A DNA stretch of 64,000 nt from Bacillota bacterium (GTDB lineage Bacteria > Bacillota > Sulfobacillia > Symbiobacteriales > Symbiobacteriaceae), in the NCBI GenBank assembly GCA_049325315.1, contig JBMONB010000083.1, positions 156,257 to 220,256 on the forward strand. The letters are read 5' to 3'. The notes under the pieces are model-generated. The model made no database searches and was not told the DNA's origin. It worked only from the letters and a program-made list of their open reading frames with translations. Below, piece by piece: positions 1 through 9,133 of this stretch. The translations under genes and the position numbers were made by a program. How positions within the stretch are numbered: position 1 is the first letter of the stretch; each line of letters begins with the position of its first letter.

Positions 1-578
1 CGGGGCTGCTGACGCCGGCTGCGGGGCGGGTCGAGGTGCTGGGCGGCCCGCCCGGCCCGGGGCGGCTGGGCTACATGCCCCAGCGGGAGAGCCTGATGGC
101 CTGGCGCACCGCCCTGGAGAATGCGGCTGCGGGGCTGGAGGTCCGGGGGGTCAGCCCCCGGGAGGCCCGGGAGCGGGCCCGGGCGCTCTTTCCGGAGTTC
201 GGGCTGGCGGGGGCGGAGGAGCGCTACCCGCACCAGCTCTCCGGCGGGATGCGCCAGCGGGTTGCCTTCCTGCGCACGGTGCTGGGCGGCCATGAGGCGC
301 TCCTGCTCGATGAGCCCTTCGGGGCGCTCGATGCGCTCACCCGGGCGCAGATGCAGGGCTGGCTGCTGGACCTGTGGGGGCGGCTGTCCAAGACGGTGCT
401 CTTCATCACCCACGATGCGGAGGAGGCGGCGCTGCTCTCCGACCGGGTCTACGTGCTGAAGGGGGCGGGGGTGGAGATTCCGATCGACCTGCCCCGGCCC
501 CGACGGATCGCCATGCTGAGCGACCCGGCCCTGGTGGAGCGGCGGGCGGCGATTTTGCGGGAGGTGGGGCTATGCTGA
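1..578 (+). CDS. thiZ: ABC transporter ATP-binding protein (NitT/TauT-type, ThiZ-like); 5' end lies outside the window
   Basis: The frame is open from the window edge (phase from nt 3: GLLTPAAGRVEVLGG). It has the ABC signature LSGGMRQRVAF, Walker B LLLDEPFGALD and H-loop FITHD. The stop overlaps the next start (ATGCTGA, 572-578). The symbol is from operon context only. Confidence 0.85.
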   Translation, partial: GLLTPAAGRVEVLGGPPGPGRLGYMPQRESLMAWRTALENAAAGLEVRGVSPREARERARALFPEFGLAGAEERYPHQLSGGMRQRVAFLRTVLGGHEALLLDEPFGALDALTRAQMQGWLLDLWGRLSKTVLFITHDAEEAALLSDRVYVLKGAGVEIPIDLPRPRRIAMLSDPALVERRAAILREVGLC

Positions 579-1339
579 GGCGGAACGGGCCCGCCGCCGG
601 GCTGCTGCTGGGGCTGCTCCTGCTGTGGGAGGCGGGCTGCCGGTGGCTGCAGGTGCCCAACTTCATTCTTCCGGCGCCCAGCCGGATCGTGCAGGCGCTC
701 TGGGAGTGGCGGGGGCCGCTCCTGACCGAGCACCTGCCGGTCACGGCGCTGGAGGCGCTGCTGGGTCTGGGGATCAGTATCGTGCTGGGGGTGGCGCTGG
801 CGGTCGCCATGCACCTCTGGCCCCCGCTGCACCGGGCGCTCTACCCGCTGATCGTCGCCTCGCAGACGGTGCCGGTCATCGCCATATCCCCGGTCTTCCT
901 CTTCTGGTTCGGCTACTCGCTGGGGCAGAAGGTGGCGGTGGTGGTGCTGATCACCTTCTTCCCCATCGCCATCGGCACGTTCGACGGCCTGCGCTCCACC
1001 GACCCGGACCTGCTGGACTGGCTCCGGACCGCCGGCGCCTCCCGCTGGCGACAGCTTCGCATGGCCGAGGCGCCCTCAGCGCTGCCCGCCTTCATCACCT
1101 CGCTGCGGGTGGCCGCCCCGGTCAGCGTCATCGGGGCGGTGATCGGCGAGTGGCTGGGGGGCCAGGCGGGGCTCGGGGTCTTCGGCCGCCGGGCGGCATC
1201 GAACCTGAAATCGGCCGAACTCTTCGCCTCGGTGGTGCTCCTGGCGCTCTTCGGCATCGCCCTCGTGCTCCTGGTGGTCTGGGCGGAGCGCCGCCTCATG
1301 GCCTACCGCTTCACGGATCGGTCTCCTGAGAACAACTAA
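572..1339 (+). CDS. thiX: ABC transporter permease (ThiX-like)
   Basis: An in-frame ATG at 572 inside track ORF 374..1339 overlaps the upstream stop. The protein is multi-helix and hydrophobic (MLRRNGPAAGLLLGLLLLW...). The ORF part upstream of 572 is G/R/A-rich read-through. Confidence 0.8.
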   Translation: MLRRNGPAAGLLLGLLLLWEAGCRWLQVPNFILPAPSRIVQALWEWRGPLLTEHLPVTALEALLGLGISIVLGVALAVAMHLWPPLHRALYPLIVASQTVPVIAISPVFLFWFGYSLGQKVAVVVLITFFPIAIGTFDGLRSTDPDLLDWLRTAGASRWRQLRMAEAPSALPAFITSLRVAAPVSVIGAVIGEWLGGQAGLGVFGRRAASNLKSAELFASVVLLALFGIALVLLVVWAERRLMAYRFTDRSPENN

Positions 1340-1357
1340 CTCGGAGGAACTGCCAAC

Positions 1358-2356
1358 ATGCTGCGCAAGCTCTCGCTGCTCCTGATCGCTGCCCTGCTGC
1401 TGACCGCCTGCTCCCCGGCATCCGCCCCGTCGACCGGTGGCGCCAAGGCGCCCAAGAAGGTTTCGCTGGTGCTCGACTGGTACCCCAACGCCGTCCACTC
1501 CTTCGTGCTGGCTGCCGAGCAGCAGGGTTTCTTCACCGCCGAGGGGCTCCAGGTGGAGATCAAGATGCCCGCCGAGAACCCGACCGACGGGATCAAGCTG
1601 GTGGGCGCCGGCAAGGAGACCTTCGCCTTCTACTACCAGCCCGACGTGCTCCTGGCCCGGGGCGAGCAGATCCCCATCGTCTCGGTGGCCGCCATCGTGC
1701 GCCGCCCGCTGAACGGGATCATGGTGCCGGCCGACTCCCCCATCAAGAGCCCGAAGGACCTGGAGGGCAAGGCGGTGGGTTATCCGGGCATCCCCCTGAA
1801 CGTCAACATGGTCAAGACCATGGTCAAGGCGGCGGGCGGCGACCCCAGCAAGGTGACGATGCAAGATGTCTCCTGGGACCTGATTCCGGCCATCGCCACC
1901 AAGAAGGTCCCGGCCATCGCCGGCGCCTACGTGAACCACGAGAAGCCGCTCTTTGAGAAGCAGGGGATCCCCATGACCTACTTCGCCCCCTCCGACTACG
2001 GCGTCCCCAGCTACTACGAGCTGGTGCTGATCACCGGCGAGGAGACGGTCAAGAACGACCGGGCCACCGTGGAGGCGTTCTGGCGGGCGCTGACCAGGGG
2101 GCACGAGTGGGTGAAGGCCAACCAGGCCGAGGCGCTCAAGCTGCTGCTGGCCAAGCAGAACAAGGCCTTCCCGCTGGAGGCCGACGTGGAGAAGGCCTCC
2201 CTGGAGATGCTCCTTCCCTGGATGGATGAGGCCGGCGTGACCTTCGGCGCCCAGAGGGCGGAGGACTGGGAGAAGGTGGCCCGGTGGATGGTGGACGAGG
2301 GCGTGCTGAAGCCCGCGGTGAAGGCGGCGGATGGATTCGTGCCGGTGGTGAAGTAG
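1358..2356 (+). CDS. thiY: NMT1/THI5-type substrate-binding lipoprotein (ThiY-like pyrimidine-precursor binding protein)
   Basis: Signal peptide with lipobox LLTAC. KKVSLVLDWYPNAVHSF... is typical of NMT1/ThiY binding proteins. SD GGAGGA lies 9 nt upstream of the ATG. Confidence 0.8.
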   Translation: MLRKLSLLLIAALLLTACSPASAPSTGGAKAPKKVSLVLDWYPNAVHSFVLAAEQQGFFTAEGLQVEIKMPAENPTDGIKLVGAGKETFAFYYQPDVLLARGEQIPIVSVAAIVRRPLNGIMVPADSPIKSPKDLEGKAVGYPGIPLNVNMVKTMVKAAGGDPSKVTMQDVSWDLIPAIATKKVPAIAGAYVNHEKPLFEKQGIPMTYFAPSDYGVPSYYELVLITGEETVKNDRATVEAFWRALTRGHEWVKANQAEALKLLLAKQNKAFPLEADVEKASLEMLLPWMDEAGVTFGAQRAEDWEKVARWMVDEGVLKPAVKAADGFVPVVK

Positions 2357-2358
2357 CG

Positions 2359-3606
2359 ATGCGCTACATTCGGGAGAACCAGGCGGAGCTGGAGCGGCTG
2401 CTGGCCGACCTGATCGCCTTTGAGACCCCCTGCCCGCCCGGCCGGAACACGGCCGGGGTGCAGGCCTACGTGGCGGAGTACCTGCGGGGGCTGGGCTTTG
2501 CCATCGACCAGTGGGACCTCTTCCCCGGCGACCCGAACCTGGCGGGGGTGCGGGAGGGCGACCCGGCCTACCACTCCCTGATCATCAACGGCCATTTAGA
2601 TGTGGCCGAGGTGGGCGACACGGGTGAGTGGACCGTGCCGCCCTACCAGCTGACCCGACGGGGCAGCCGGGTGCTGGGGCGGGGCGTGGCCGACATGAAG
2701 GGCGGCGTGGCGGCGGCGCTCTTCGCCCTGAAGGCGTTGAAGGAGACCGGCGGGCTGCCGCCCGGGAAGATCATCTTCCAGTCGGTGACCGGGGAGGAGA
2801 TGGGGGAGGCGGGCACCCGCTCCTGCAACGAGCGGGGCTACACCGCCGACTTCGCCATCGTCCCTGATACGTCGGATTTGCAGATTCAGGGACAGGGCGG
2901 CGTGATCACGGGGTGGATCACGATTCAGTCGCCGCAGACCTTTCACGATGGGAACCGGGCCCGGCTGATCCACGCCGGCGGCGGCCTCTACGGGGCGTCG
3001 GCGATTGAGAAGATGATGAAGGTGATCGCCGCCCTGCAGGATCTGGAGCGGCACTGGGCGGTCACCAAGCGCTGCGAGGGGTTCGCCCCCGGCTCCAACA
3101 CCATCAACCCCGCCGTGATCGAGGGCGGGCGGCACCCGGCCTTTATCGCCGACCGGTGCGCCCTCTGGATCACCGTCCACTTCTACCCGGGCGAGACCTA
3201 CGAGTCGGTCTCCCGGGAGATCGAGCAGCACGTGCTGGCGGCGGCCGCCGCCGATCCGTGGCTGCGGGAACACCCGCCGACCTTTAACTGGGGCGGCCGG
3301 TCGATGATCGTCGACCGGGGCGAGATCTTCCCGGCGCTCCCCCTGCCGGTGGAGCACCCGGGGGTGCAGCTGCTGGCCCAGCATGCCGAACAGGCTACGG
3401 GCCGGGCCGCCGTGCTGGGCATGGCCAACACCGTGACCGATGCGGGCTGGCTGGGCGAGATGGGGATTCCGGCGGTGATCTGCGGCCCCGGCGAGCTGAA
3501 GTGGGCCCATGCGGTAGACGAGTCGGTGGAGTGGGAGCAGCTGCTCCAGGCCGCCGAACTCTACGCCGGCTTTATCAAGGACTGGTGCGGGAGGAAGCGG
3601 CCATGA
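2359..3606 (+). CDS. ylmB: M20 family amidohydrolase (ArgE/DapE/YlmB-like; probable formylaminopyrimidine deformylase by context)
   Basis: ATG at 2359 lies 2 nt after the thiY stop (internal M of track ORF 2284..3606). M20 features include LIINGHLDV and GRGVADMKGG. It sits between the ThiY-like gene and tenA. Confidence 0.65.
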   Translation: MRYIRENQAELERLLADLIAFETPCPPGRNTAGVQAYVAEYLRGLGFAIDQWDLFPGDPNLAGVREGDPAYHSLIINGHLDVAEVGDTGEWTVPPYQLTRRGSRVLGRGVADMKGGVAAALFALKALKETGGLPPGKIIFQSVTGEEMGEAGTRSCNERGYTADFAIVPDTSDLQIQGQGGVITGWITIQSPQTFHDGNRARLIHAGGGLYGASAIEKMMKVIAALQDLERHWAVTKRCEGFAPGSNTINPAVIEGGRHPAFIADRCALWITVHFYPGETYESVSREIEQHVLAAAAADPWLREHPPTFNWGGRSMIVDRGEIFPALPLPVEHPGVQLLAQHAEQATGRAAVLGMANTVTDAGWLGEMGIPAVICGPGELKWAHAVDESVEWEQLLQAAELYAGFIKDWCGRKRP

Positions 3607-4265
3607 GTTTCAGCGCACAGCTGCGGCAGGAGACCGACTCCATCTGGCAGGCGATCTTTGCCCACCCGATGGTGACCGGAATCGGCGACGGGACGCTGCC
3701 CGAGCCGAAGTTCCGCTACTGGCTGGTCCAGGACTACCTCTACCTGATCGACTTCTCCCGGATCTTCGCCCTGGGAGCGGCCAAGGCGCCGGACCTGGAG
3801 ACGATGACCTGGTTCTCCACCCTGCTTCACTCCACTCTGAGTGTGGAGATGGGGGGCCACCGCTCCTATGCGGCCCGCTTCGGGGTCGACCCGCGGGAGA
3901 TGGAGCAGGCGGAGATGGCCCCCTGGTGCCGGGCCTACACCCGGGAGATGCTGGCCGCCGCCGAGGGCGGGCTGGGCGACCTGGTGGCCACCCTGCTGCC
4001 CTGCATGGCGGGCTACGCCGAGACGGGCCGCACCCTGGCCCGGCGGGGAATGCCCGACCACCCGATCTACCGGGAGTGGATTGAGATGTACGGTTCCGAC
4101 GAGTTCGGCGCCCTGGCCGACTACTGCGCTTCGCTGCTGGACCGGCTGGCGGAGGGGGCGAAGCAGGCCGACCTGGAGCGCTGGCGGGAGATCTACAAGA
4201 CGAGCGCCCGCTACGAGTACCTCTTCTGGCAGATGGCCTGGGAGGAGCAGACCTGGCCGGTGTAG
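3603..4265 (+). CDS. tenA: Aminopyrimidine aminohydrolase / thiaminase II (TenA)
   Basis: ATG at 3603 overlaps the upstream stop (ATGA). The N-terminus MSFSAQLRQETDSIWQAIFAHPMVTGIGDGTLPEPKFRYWLVQDYLYL is TenA-like. Confidence 0.85.
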   Translation: MSFSAQLRQETDSIWQAIFAHPMVTGIGDGTLPEPKFRYWLVQDYLYLIDFSRIFALGAAKAPDLETMTWFSTLLHSTLSVEMGGHRSYAARFGVDPREMEQAEMAPWCRAYTREMLAAAEGGLGDLVATLLPCMAGYAETGRTLARRGMPDHPIYREWIEMYGSDEFGALADYCASLLDRLAEGAKQADLERWREIYKTSARYEYLFWQMAWEEQTWPV

Positions 4266-4292
4266 GCCAAGAGAAAGGATGTGGATCTGACC

Positions 4293-5096
4293 ATGGCCAT
4301 CGCTCGTGCGCTGACGATTGCGGGCTCTGACTCTGGCGGGGGTGCGGGGATTCAGGCCGACCTGAAGAGCTTCACCGCCCTGCGGGCCTACGGCACCTCG
4401 GTGATCACCTGCGTCACGGCCCAGAACACCCTGGGCGTGGATGGCGTCTACGCCCTGACCCCGGAGCAGGTGGGGGCGCAGCTGGATGCGGTCCTGTCGG
4501 ACATTGGCACCGACGCCGCCAAGACCGGGATGCTCTACAACGCCGCCATCATTGAGGTGGTGGCGGACCGGGTGAAGCGGTTCGGGGTCTCCAACCTGGT
4601 GGTCGACCCGGTCATGATCGCCAAGGGGGGCCACCCGCTCCTCTTGCCGGAGGCGCAGGCGGCGGTGCGGGAGCTGCTGCTGCCGCTGGCGGCGGTGGTG
4701 ACGCCCAACCTGCCGGAGGCCTCTGCGCTGACCGGGCTTTCCATTGCCACCCGGGCGGAGATGGCGGCGGCGGGGGAGCGGCTGCTGGCCATGGGGGCCC
4801 GGGCGGCTGTGGTGAAGGGCGGGCATCTGGAAGGGGCGCAGGCCGATGACCTGCTGGTCACCGCTGACGGGCTTCAGCTCTGGCTGCCGGCCGAGCGGGT
4901 GGAGAGCCGGCATACCCATGGCACCGGCTGCACCTTCAGCGCCGCCATCGCTGCCGGGCTGGCGCATGGCCTCTCCCTGGTGGATGCGGTGCGGCAGGCG
5001 AAGGCGTTCATTACCCTGGCGATCCGGCGGGCGCCGGGCATCGGGGCCGGGCACGGGCCGACCAACCATCTGGCCTGGCTGGAGGAAGGGCGATGA
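4293..5096 (+). CDS. thiD: Hydroxymethylpyrimidine / phosphomethylpyrimidine kinase (ThiD)
   Basis: ALTIAGSDSGGGAGIQADLK and the C-terminal THGTGCTFSAAIAA motif identify it. The ATG at 4293 is preferred over the GTG at 4281. Confidence 0.9.
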   Translation: MAIARALTIAGSDSGGGAGIQADLKSFTALRAYGTSVITCVTAQNTLGVDGVYALTPEQVGAQLDAVLSDIGTDAAKTGMLYNAAIIEVVADRVKRFGVSNLVVDPVMIAKGGHPLLLPEAQAAVRELLLPLAAVVTPNLPEASALTGLSIATRAEMAAAGERLLAMGARAAVVKGGHLEGAQADDLLVTADGLQLWLPAERVESRHTHGTGCTFSAAIAAGLAHGLSLVDAVRQAKAFITLAIRRAPGIGAGHGPTNHLAWLEEGR

Positions 5097-6505
5097 GCGG
5101 CTTGCCTGCACGGGTGCGGGCGGCCCGCCCGCTGATCCATGCGATCACCAACCTGGTCACCATGGACTGGGTGGCCCGGGGGCTGCTGGCGGCCGGGGCC
5201 CGGCCAGTCATGGCCCGGAATCAGGCGGAGGCGGCGCAGACCGCCGGCGTGGCCGATGGCCTGGTGCTCAACCTGGGCACCTGGAGCCCGGAGGTGCAGG
5301 CGGCCATGCTGGCCGCCGGCCGGGCGGCGGGGGAGCGCGGGATTCCGGTGGTGCTCGACCCGGTGGGCGCAGGGGGGCTGGAGAGCCGCACCCGGGCGGC
5401 CCGGGAGCTGCTGGAGCAGGTCCGGGTGAGCGTGGTCCGCGGCAACGCCGGGGAGATTCTGGCCCTGGCCGGTGAAGCGGGCCTGGTGCGCGGGGTCGAT
5501 GCGGCGCCCGGACTGGGCGCAGGGGTTTGGCTGGAGCGGGCCGCCCGGCGGGTGGCCCGGCAGTATGGCTGCATCGTGGCGGTTACCGGTGAGGCCGACC
5601 TGGTGACCGATGGAACCCGGTCGCTGAGCGTCCGGGGCGGGCACCCGCTCATGGCCCAGATTCCCGGCGCCGGATGCCTGGCCACGGCCCTGATCGCGGC
5701 CGCCCTGGCGGCGGGGCCGGGTGGGGTGGAGCGGGTGGCGGAGGCGCTTCTCTGGTCCAGTTGGGCCGGGGAGGAGGCAGCGGCCCTGTCCGGCGGCCCC
5801 GGCAGCTTCGCCGCTGCCTACCTGGACCGGCTGGCGGCGGGCGCGGCTCTTCCGGCCGGCCGGATCGCGCCGCCTCTCTCGGAGCGACTGGCGCTCTACG
5901 TGATCATCAGCGGCGGGACACCGCTGCCCGTGGTGGAGGGGATTCTGCAAGCGGGCTGCGGTATGGTTCAGTTCCGGGAGAAGGCGATGGCCCTCCCGGC
6001 GCAGGTGGAGGCGGCTTCGAGGGTAAAGGCGCTCTGCCAGAGGGCGGGGGCGCTCTTCGTTGTCAACGACCGGCTCGATCTGGCCCAGGCGGTGGGCGCA
6101 GACGGGGTCCATCTCGGGCAAGATGACCTGCCGGTCGCGGTCGCCCGCCGCATTCTCGGGCCGGGGGCGATCATTGGCGCCACCTGCGAGACCGAGTCGG
6201 AGGCCCGGGCCGCCGAGGAGGCCGGGGCGGACTATATCGGGACCGGGCCGGTCTACGCCACGCCATCAAAGGACGATGCCGGAGAGCCCTACGGCCCGGC
6301 GGTGGTGGCTCGGGTGAGCGGAGCGACCCGCCTCCCGGTGGTGGGCATCGGCGGCATCGGGATCGGCGGCGCCGCCCCGGTGATTGCAGCCGGCGCCAGC
6401 GGTGTGGCGGTGATCTCTTCGGTGGTGGGGGCGGCGGATCCAGCCGCCGCCGCCCGCACGATCCTGCACGAGGTGCTTCAGGCAAAGGAAGGAGCGGGGA
6501 TCTGA
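5093..6505 (+). CDS. thiM-thiE: Fused hydroxyethylthiazole kinase (ThiM, N-terminal) and thiamine-phosphate synthase (ThiE, C-terminal)
   Basis: A single 470-aa ORF. The N-terminal half has PLIHAITNLVTMDWVARGLLAAGARPVMA (ThiM-like). The C-terminal half has LYVIISGG..VQFREK..FVVNDRLDLA..GADGVHLGQDD..GAT..GADYIGTGPVYATPSK (ThiE-like). The ATGA start overlaps the thiD stop. Confidence 0.85.
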   Translation: MSGLPARVRAARPLIHAITNLVTMDWVARGLLAAGARPVMARNQAEAAQTAGVADGLVLNLGTWSPEVQAAMLAAGRAAGERGIPVVLDPVGAGGLESRTRAARELLEQVRVSVVRGNAGEILALAGEAGLVRGVDAAPGLGAGVWLERAARRVARQYGCIVAVTGEADLVTDGTRSLSVRGGHPLMAQIPGAGCLATALIAAALAAGPGGVERVAEALLWSSWAGEEAAALSGGPGSFAAAYLDRLAAGAALPAGRIAPPLSERLALYVIISGGTPLPVVEGILQAGCGMVQFREKAMALPAQVEAASRVKALCQRAGALFVVNDRLDLAQAVGADGVHLGQDDLPVAVARRILGPGAIIGATCETESEARAAEEAGADYIGTGPVYATPSKDDAGEPYGPAVVARVSGATRLPVVGIGGIGIGGAAPVIAAGASGVAVISSVVGAADPAAAARTILHEVLQAKEGAGI

Positions 6506-7032
6506 TGAAGATGACACAGATTTTGACCCGGATGGCGATTCTGGTGGCGCTTGGCGTGGCCTCCTCCCAGTTCTCGGCGATTCCGCTCTTCGGGGCGAAG
6601 CTCCTTCCGGCACAGCACGCCATCAACGTGGTGGCCGGGGCGATGCTGGGGCCGGTCTACGGCGGGATCACGGGCCTGCTGATCGCCCTGATTCGGATCA
6701 TGACCGGGCTGGGCACCCCACTGGCGATCCCCGGCACGCTCTTCGGGGTGGTGCTGGCCGGCCTGCTCTACCAGCGGACCGGCTCCCGCCTGGCAACCAT
6801 GGCGGGCGAGGTTCTGGGCACCGGCGTGATCGGCGCCCTGGTGGCCTACCCGATGGCCGTGCTGCTCATGGGGAACGCCAAGGCGGCCGCCGCCGGCATC
6901 ACCTTCTTTATTCCGATCTTCGGCGCCAGCAGCCTGGCGGGCGCCCTGATCGGCGGGCAGGCGCTGGTGGTGCTGGGGCGGTCCCTTCCCGCCCCGGCGT
7001 CGAGCCGGTCAGCCGAGGAGACCCAGGCCTAG
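6505..7032 (+). CDS. thiW: ThiW-like ECF-type thiazole transporter S component
   Basis: A 175-aa polytopic membrane protein (MKMTQILTRMAILVALGVASSQFSAIPLFGAKLLPAQHAINV...). Its start overlaps the upstream stop (TGATG). It is the last gene of the thi operon. Confidence 0.65.
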   Translation: MKMTQILTRMAILVALGVASSQFSAIPLFGAKLLPAQHAINVVAGAMLGPVYGGITGLLIALIRIMTGLGTPLAIPGTLFGVVLAGLLYQRTGSRLATMAGEVLGTGVIGALVAYPMAVLLMGNAKAAAAGITFFIPIFGASSLAGALIGGQALVVLGRSLPAPASSRSAEETQA

Positions 7033-7048
7033 TCAGACAGACAGAGAC

Positions 7049-7085
7049 AGCCCACAGGGGGATCTCCCTGTGGGCTGTTTATTCT
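7049..7085 (+). terminator. Rho-independent terminator after thiW (also faces the convergent GNAT gene)
   Basis: An 11-bp perfect stem AGCCCACAGGG / CCCTGTGGGCT with a 6-nt loop, followed by GTTTATTCT. Confidence 0.8.
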
Positions 7086-7095
7086 GCGAGTGGGA

Positions 7096-8049
7096 TCAGG
7101 CCAGCGACTTGGCCAGCAGGAAGTGGCCGGGCGAGGGCACATAGCCCAGCCGCTTGTTCACCGCCAGGATCCGCGGGTTGATCGAGAGGTTGTTGGTCCG
7201 AATGTAAGGAGCGCCCAGGCTCTTGGCCAGGTTGAGCGCCTCCACCTTCAGCGCCAGGGTGATCCCCCGGCTCCGGTAGTCGCGGGCCACGCCGGTGAAG
7301 TCGTTGTACAGGGCGCCGCTTGCCACCTTCCGCAGGTGAGCCACCGCCGCCCAGTTCTCACCGTCAACGGCCAGCAGAATCTGCTCCGGCTTCCACTCCG
7401 GGTCATCCTTTACGAAGTTGTACCACTCGTCGAAGGGCATGCGGGGCCGGTCTTCGACGCTGGGAATGTCGTGGACGATGGGGATGAGGAACCCGTGGTA
7501 CTTCCGGTACATCTCCAGCGGCTCCATTCCCTCGGCCGCCTGGGCCAGGGTGGCGAAGCGGATGCCGCTCTCCTTCACCTTCTCCACCGCCTCCTGGAAG
7601 GGGGCGGGGTCCCAGGTCTCCAGGGTGAGGGTCGATTCAAAGAGGTGGTGCTCCTGGGTGAAGCCCTGGCGCTGGGCCCAGGCGTAGGCGGCGGTGTCCT
7701 GCTCGCGCACGCCCGACTCCATGCGGGTGGCGCCGTGTTCCCGGGCGAATCCGATCAGGTGCTGGCAGATGGCGTAGCCGATCCCCTTGGACCGGTAGGG
7801 AGCGTCCACCCGGACCCGCATGAAGAACTCACCCGGGCGGTTGGTCGACTCGTGAACGGTGATACCCCAGGCGGCGATCTCACCGGATTCCAGTTGGGCG
7901 ACGACCCGGCTGTAGATCTCCTCCTTCGGGCGGGCGCTGTCCTGGCGGATGTACTCCTCAAGGGTGATGGGCTCATTGATCTGTGCGTTCAGAATCTCCA
8001 CGATCCCGGGAAAATCCTCCCGGGTCGCCTCGCGAATGGAAAACTGCAT
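7096..8049 (-). CDS. GNAT family N-acetyltransferase, two-domain architecture
   Basis: A 317-aa ORF with GNAT motifs (RSKGIGYAICQHLIGFAREHGATRME; RSRGITLALKVEALNLAKSLGAPY). It is a paralog of the next gene. The antisense ORF 7090..9054 has junk composition. Confidence 0.8.
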   Translation of the reverse strand: MQFSIREATREDFPGIVEILNAQINEPITLEEYIRQDSARPKEEIYSRVVAQLESGEIAAWGITVHESTNRPGEFFMRVRVDAPYRSKGIGYAICQHLIGFAREHGATRMESGVREQDTAAYAWAQRQGFTQEHHLFESTLTLETWDPAPFQEAVEKVKESGIRFATLAQAAEGMEPLEMYRKYHGFLIPIVHDIPSVEDRPRMPFDEWYNFVKDDPEWKPEQILLAVDGENWAAVAHLRKVASGALYNDFTGVARDYRSRGITLALKVEALNLAKSLGAPYIRTNNLSINPRILAVNKRLGYVPSPGHFLLAKSLA

Positions 8050-8067
8050 GGTGTAGAAGGAGCCTCC

Positions 8068-9018
8068 TTAGAGCTTGGCAGCCAGTTGGTATTTGCCCGG
8101 CAGGGGTGCGTAGCCCAGCTTCCGGTTGACGGCCAGCATGGGTTCGTTTACCGAGTGGTTGTTGGTGCGAATGTAGGGAGCGCCCAGCGACTTGGCGATC
8201 TCCAGCGACCAGACCTTAATCGCCAGGGCCACCCCGCGACCCCGGTACTCCCGGTCGACGGCGGTAAGGCCGTTATAGATGGCGCCGCTGTGCTGCGGAG
8301 CCAGCTGGCAGAGGGCGACCCAGCGATCCCCGTTCGCCGCGAGGAGAACCAGTTCATCCTTCCAGTTTGGATCGGTCAGGACCCACTCCAGGTAGGGCTC
8401 CCACGGGTAGGTCGGGCGATCCGCCTGACCGGGGATATCCTTGACCAGCGAAGAGCTGAAGTCGTAGTAGCGGCGGATGGCTGCGACCCGGTCGCCGTCC
8501 TTCGTCTCCGCCGCCAGGGTGGTGAAGCGGATCCCGGAGGACTTGACCGCCTCGACGCTCTCCCGGAAGGGGGTGGGGTCGAAGTCGGGCAGGGAGAGGG
8601 TCGACTCGAAGAGGTGGTGCTCCTTGACAAAGCCCCGGCGCTCGGCCCAGGCAAAGGCTTCGGGCTCATCTTCCTGCACGGAGGACTCCAGGCGGGTGGC
8701 GCCGTTGGCCCTGGCGTAGGAAAGGAGCTGCTCGTAGAGCGTCCGGCCTATGCCCTGCCCCTGATGGGCCTTGTCGACCCGGACCCGCATGAAGAACTCG
8801 CCTGGCCGGTGGCCGGCGCCGCCCTCGGTGATGCCATAGCCGACCAGCGTGCCGTCAGCGGTATAGGCGCCCAAACGCAGGAAGGGATCGCCCTTCACCC
8901 GGGTGTTGTCTTCGCGGAGCACTTCCTCAGCGGTGACCGGCTCCCTTACCTGTGCGTTGATGATATCGACCATGCGGGGATAGTCTTCGCGGGGGACGGG
9001 GCGGAGCGTGAAACTCAT
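8068..9018 (-). CDS. GNAT family N-acetyltransferase, two-domain architecture (tandem paralog)
   Basis: A 316-aa ORF sharing blocks with 7096..8049 (PGEFFMRVRVD, SGIRF.TLA, GAPYIRTNN). SD GGGAGG lies upstream of the ATG at 9018. Confidence 0.8.
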   Translation of the reverse strand: MSFTLRPVPREDYPRMVDIINAQVREPVTAEEVLREDNTRVKGDPFLRLGAYTADGTLVGYGITEGGAGHRPGEFFMRVRVDKAHQGQGIGRTLYEQLLSYARANGATRLESSVQEDEPEAFAWAERRGFVKEHHLFESTLSLPDFDPTPFRESVEAVKSSGIRFTTLAAETKDGDRVAAIRRYYDFSSSLVKDIPGQADRPTYPWEPYLEWVLTDPNWKDELVLLAANGDRWVALCQLAPQHSGAIYNGLTAVDREYRGRGVALAIKVWSLEIAKSLGAPYIRTNNHSVNEPMLAVNRKLGYAPLPGKYQLAAKL

Positions 9019-9133
9019 GATGGGGAGCCTCCCTTCAGCGACTTGCTCAACTGACTAGACGAACTGGTTTCCTGAGTGGTTCCCAAATGGCCGCCGGAAA
9101 GAACGGGTCGACCGGATCGCTCCGGATGATCTT

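Noticed and set aside
7090-9054. A 654-aa plus-strand ORF spanning both GNAT genes.
   Set aside because: It is the antisense mirror of two genes that have clear GNAT motifs and SD sites. Its translation is G/V/L/P/R-rich with no motifs, which is a typical high-G+C shadow ORF.
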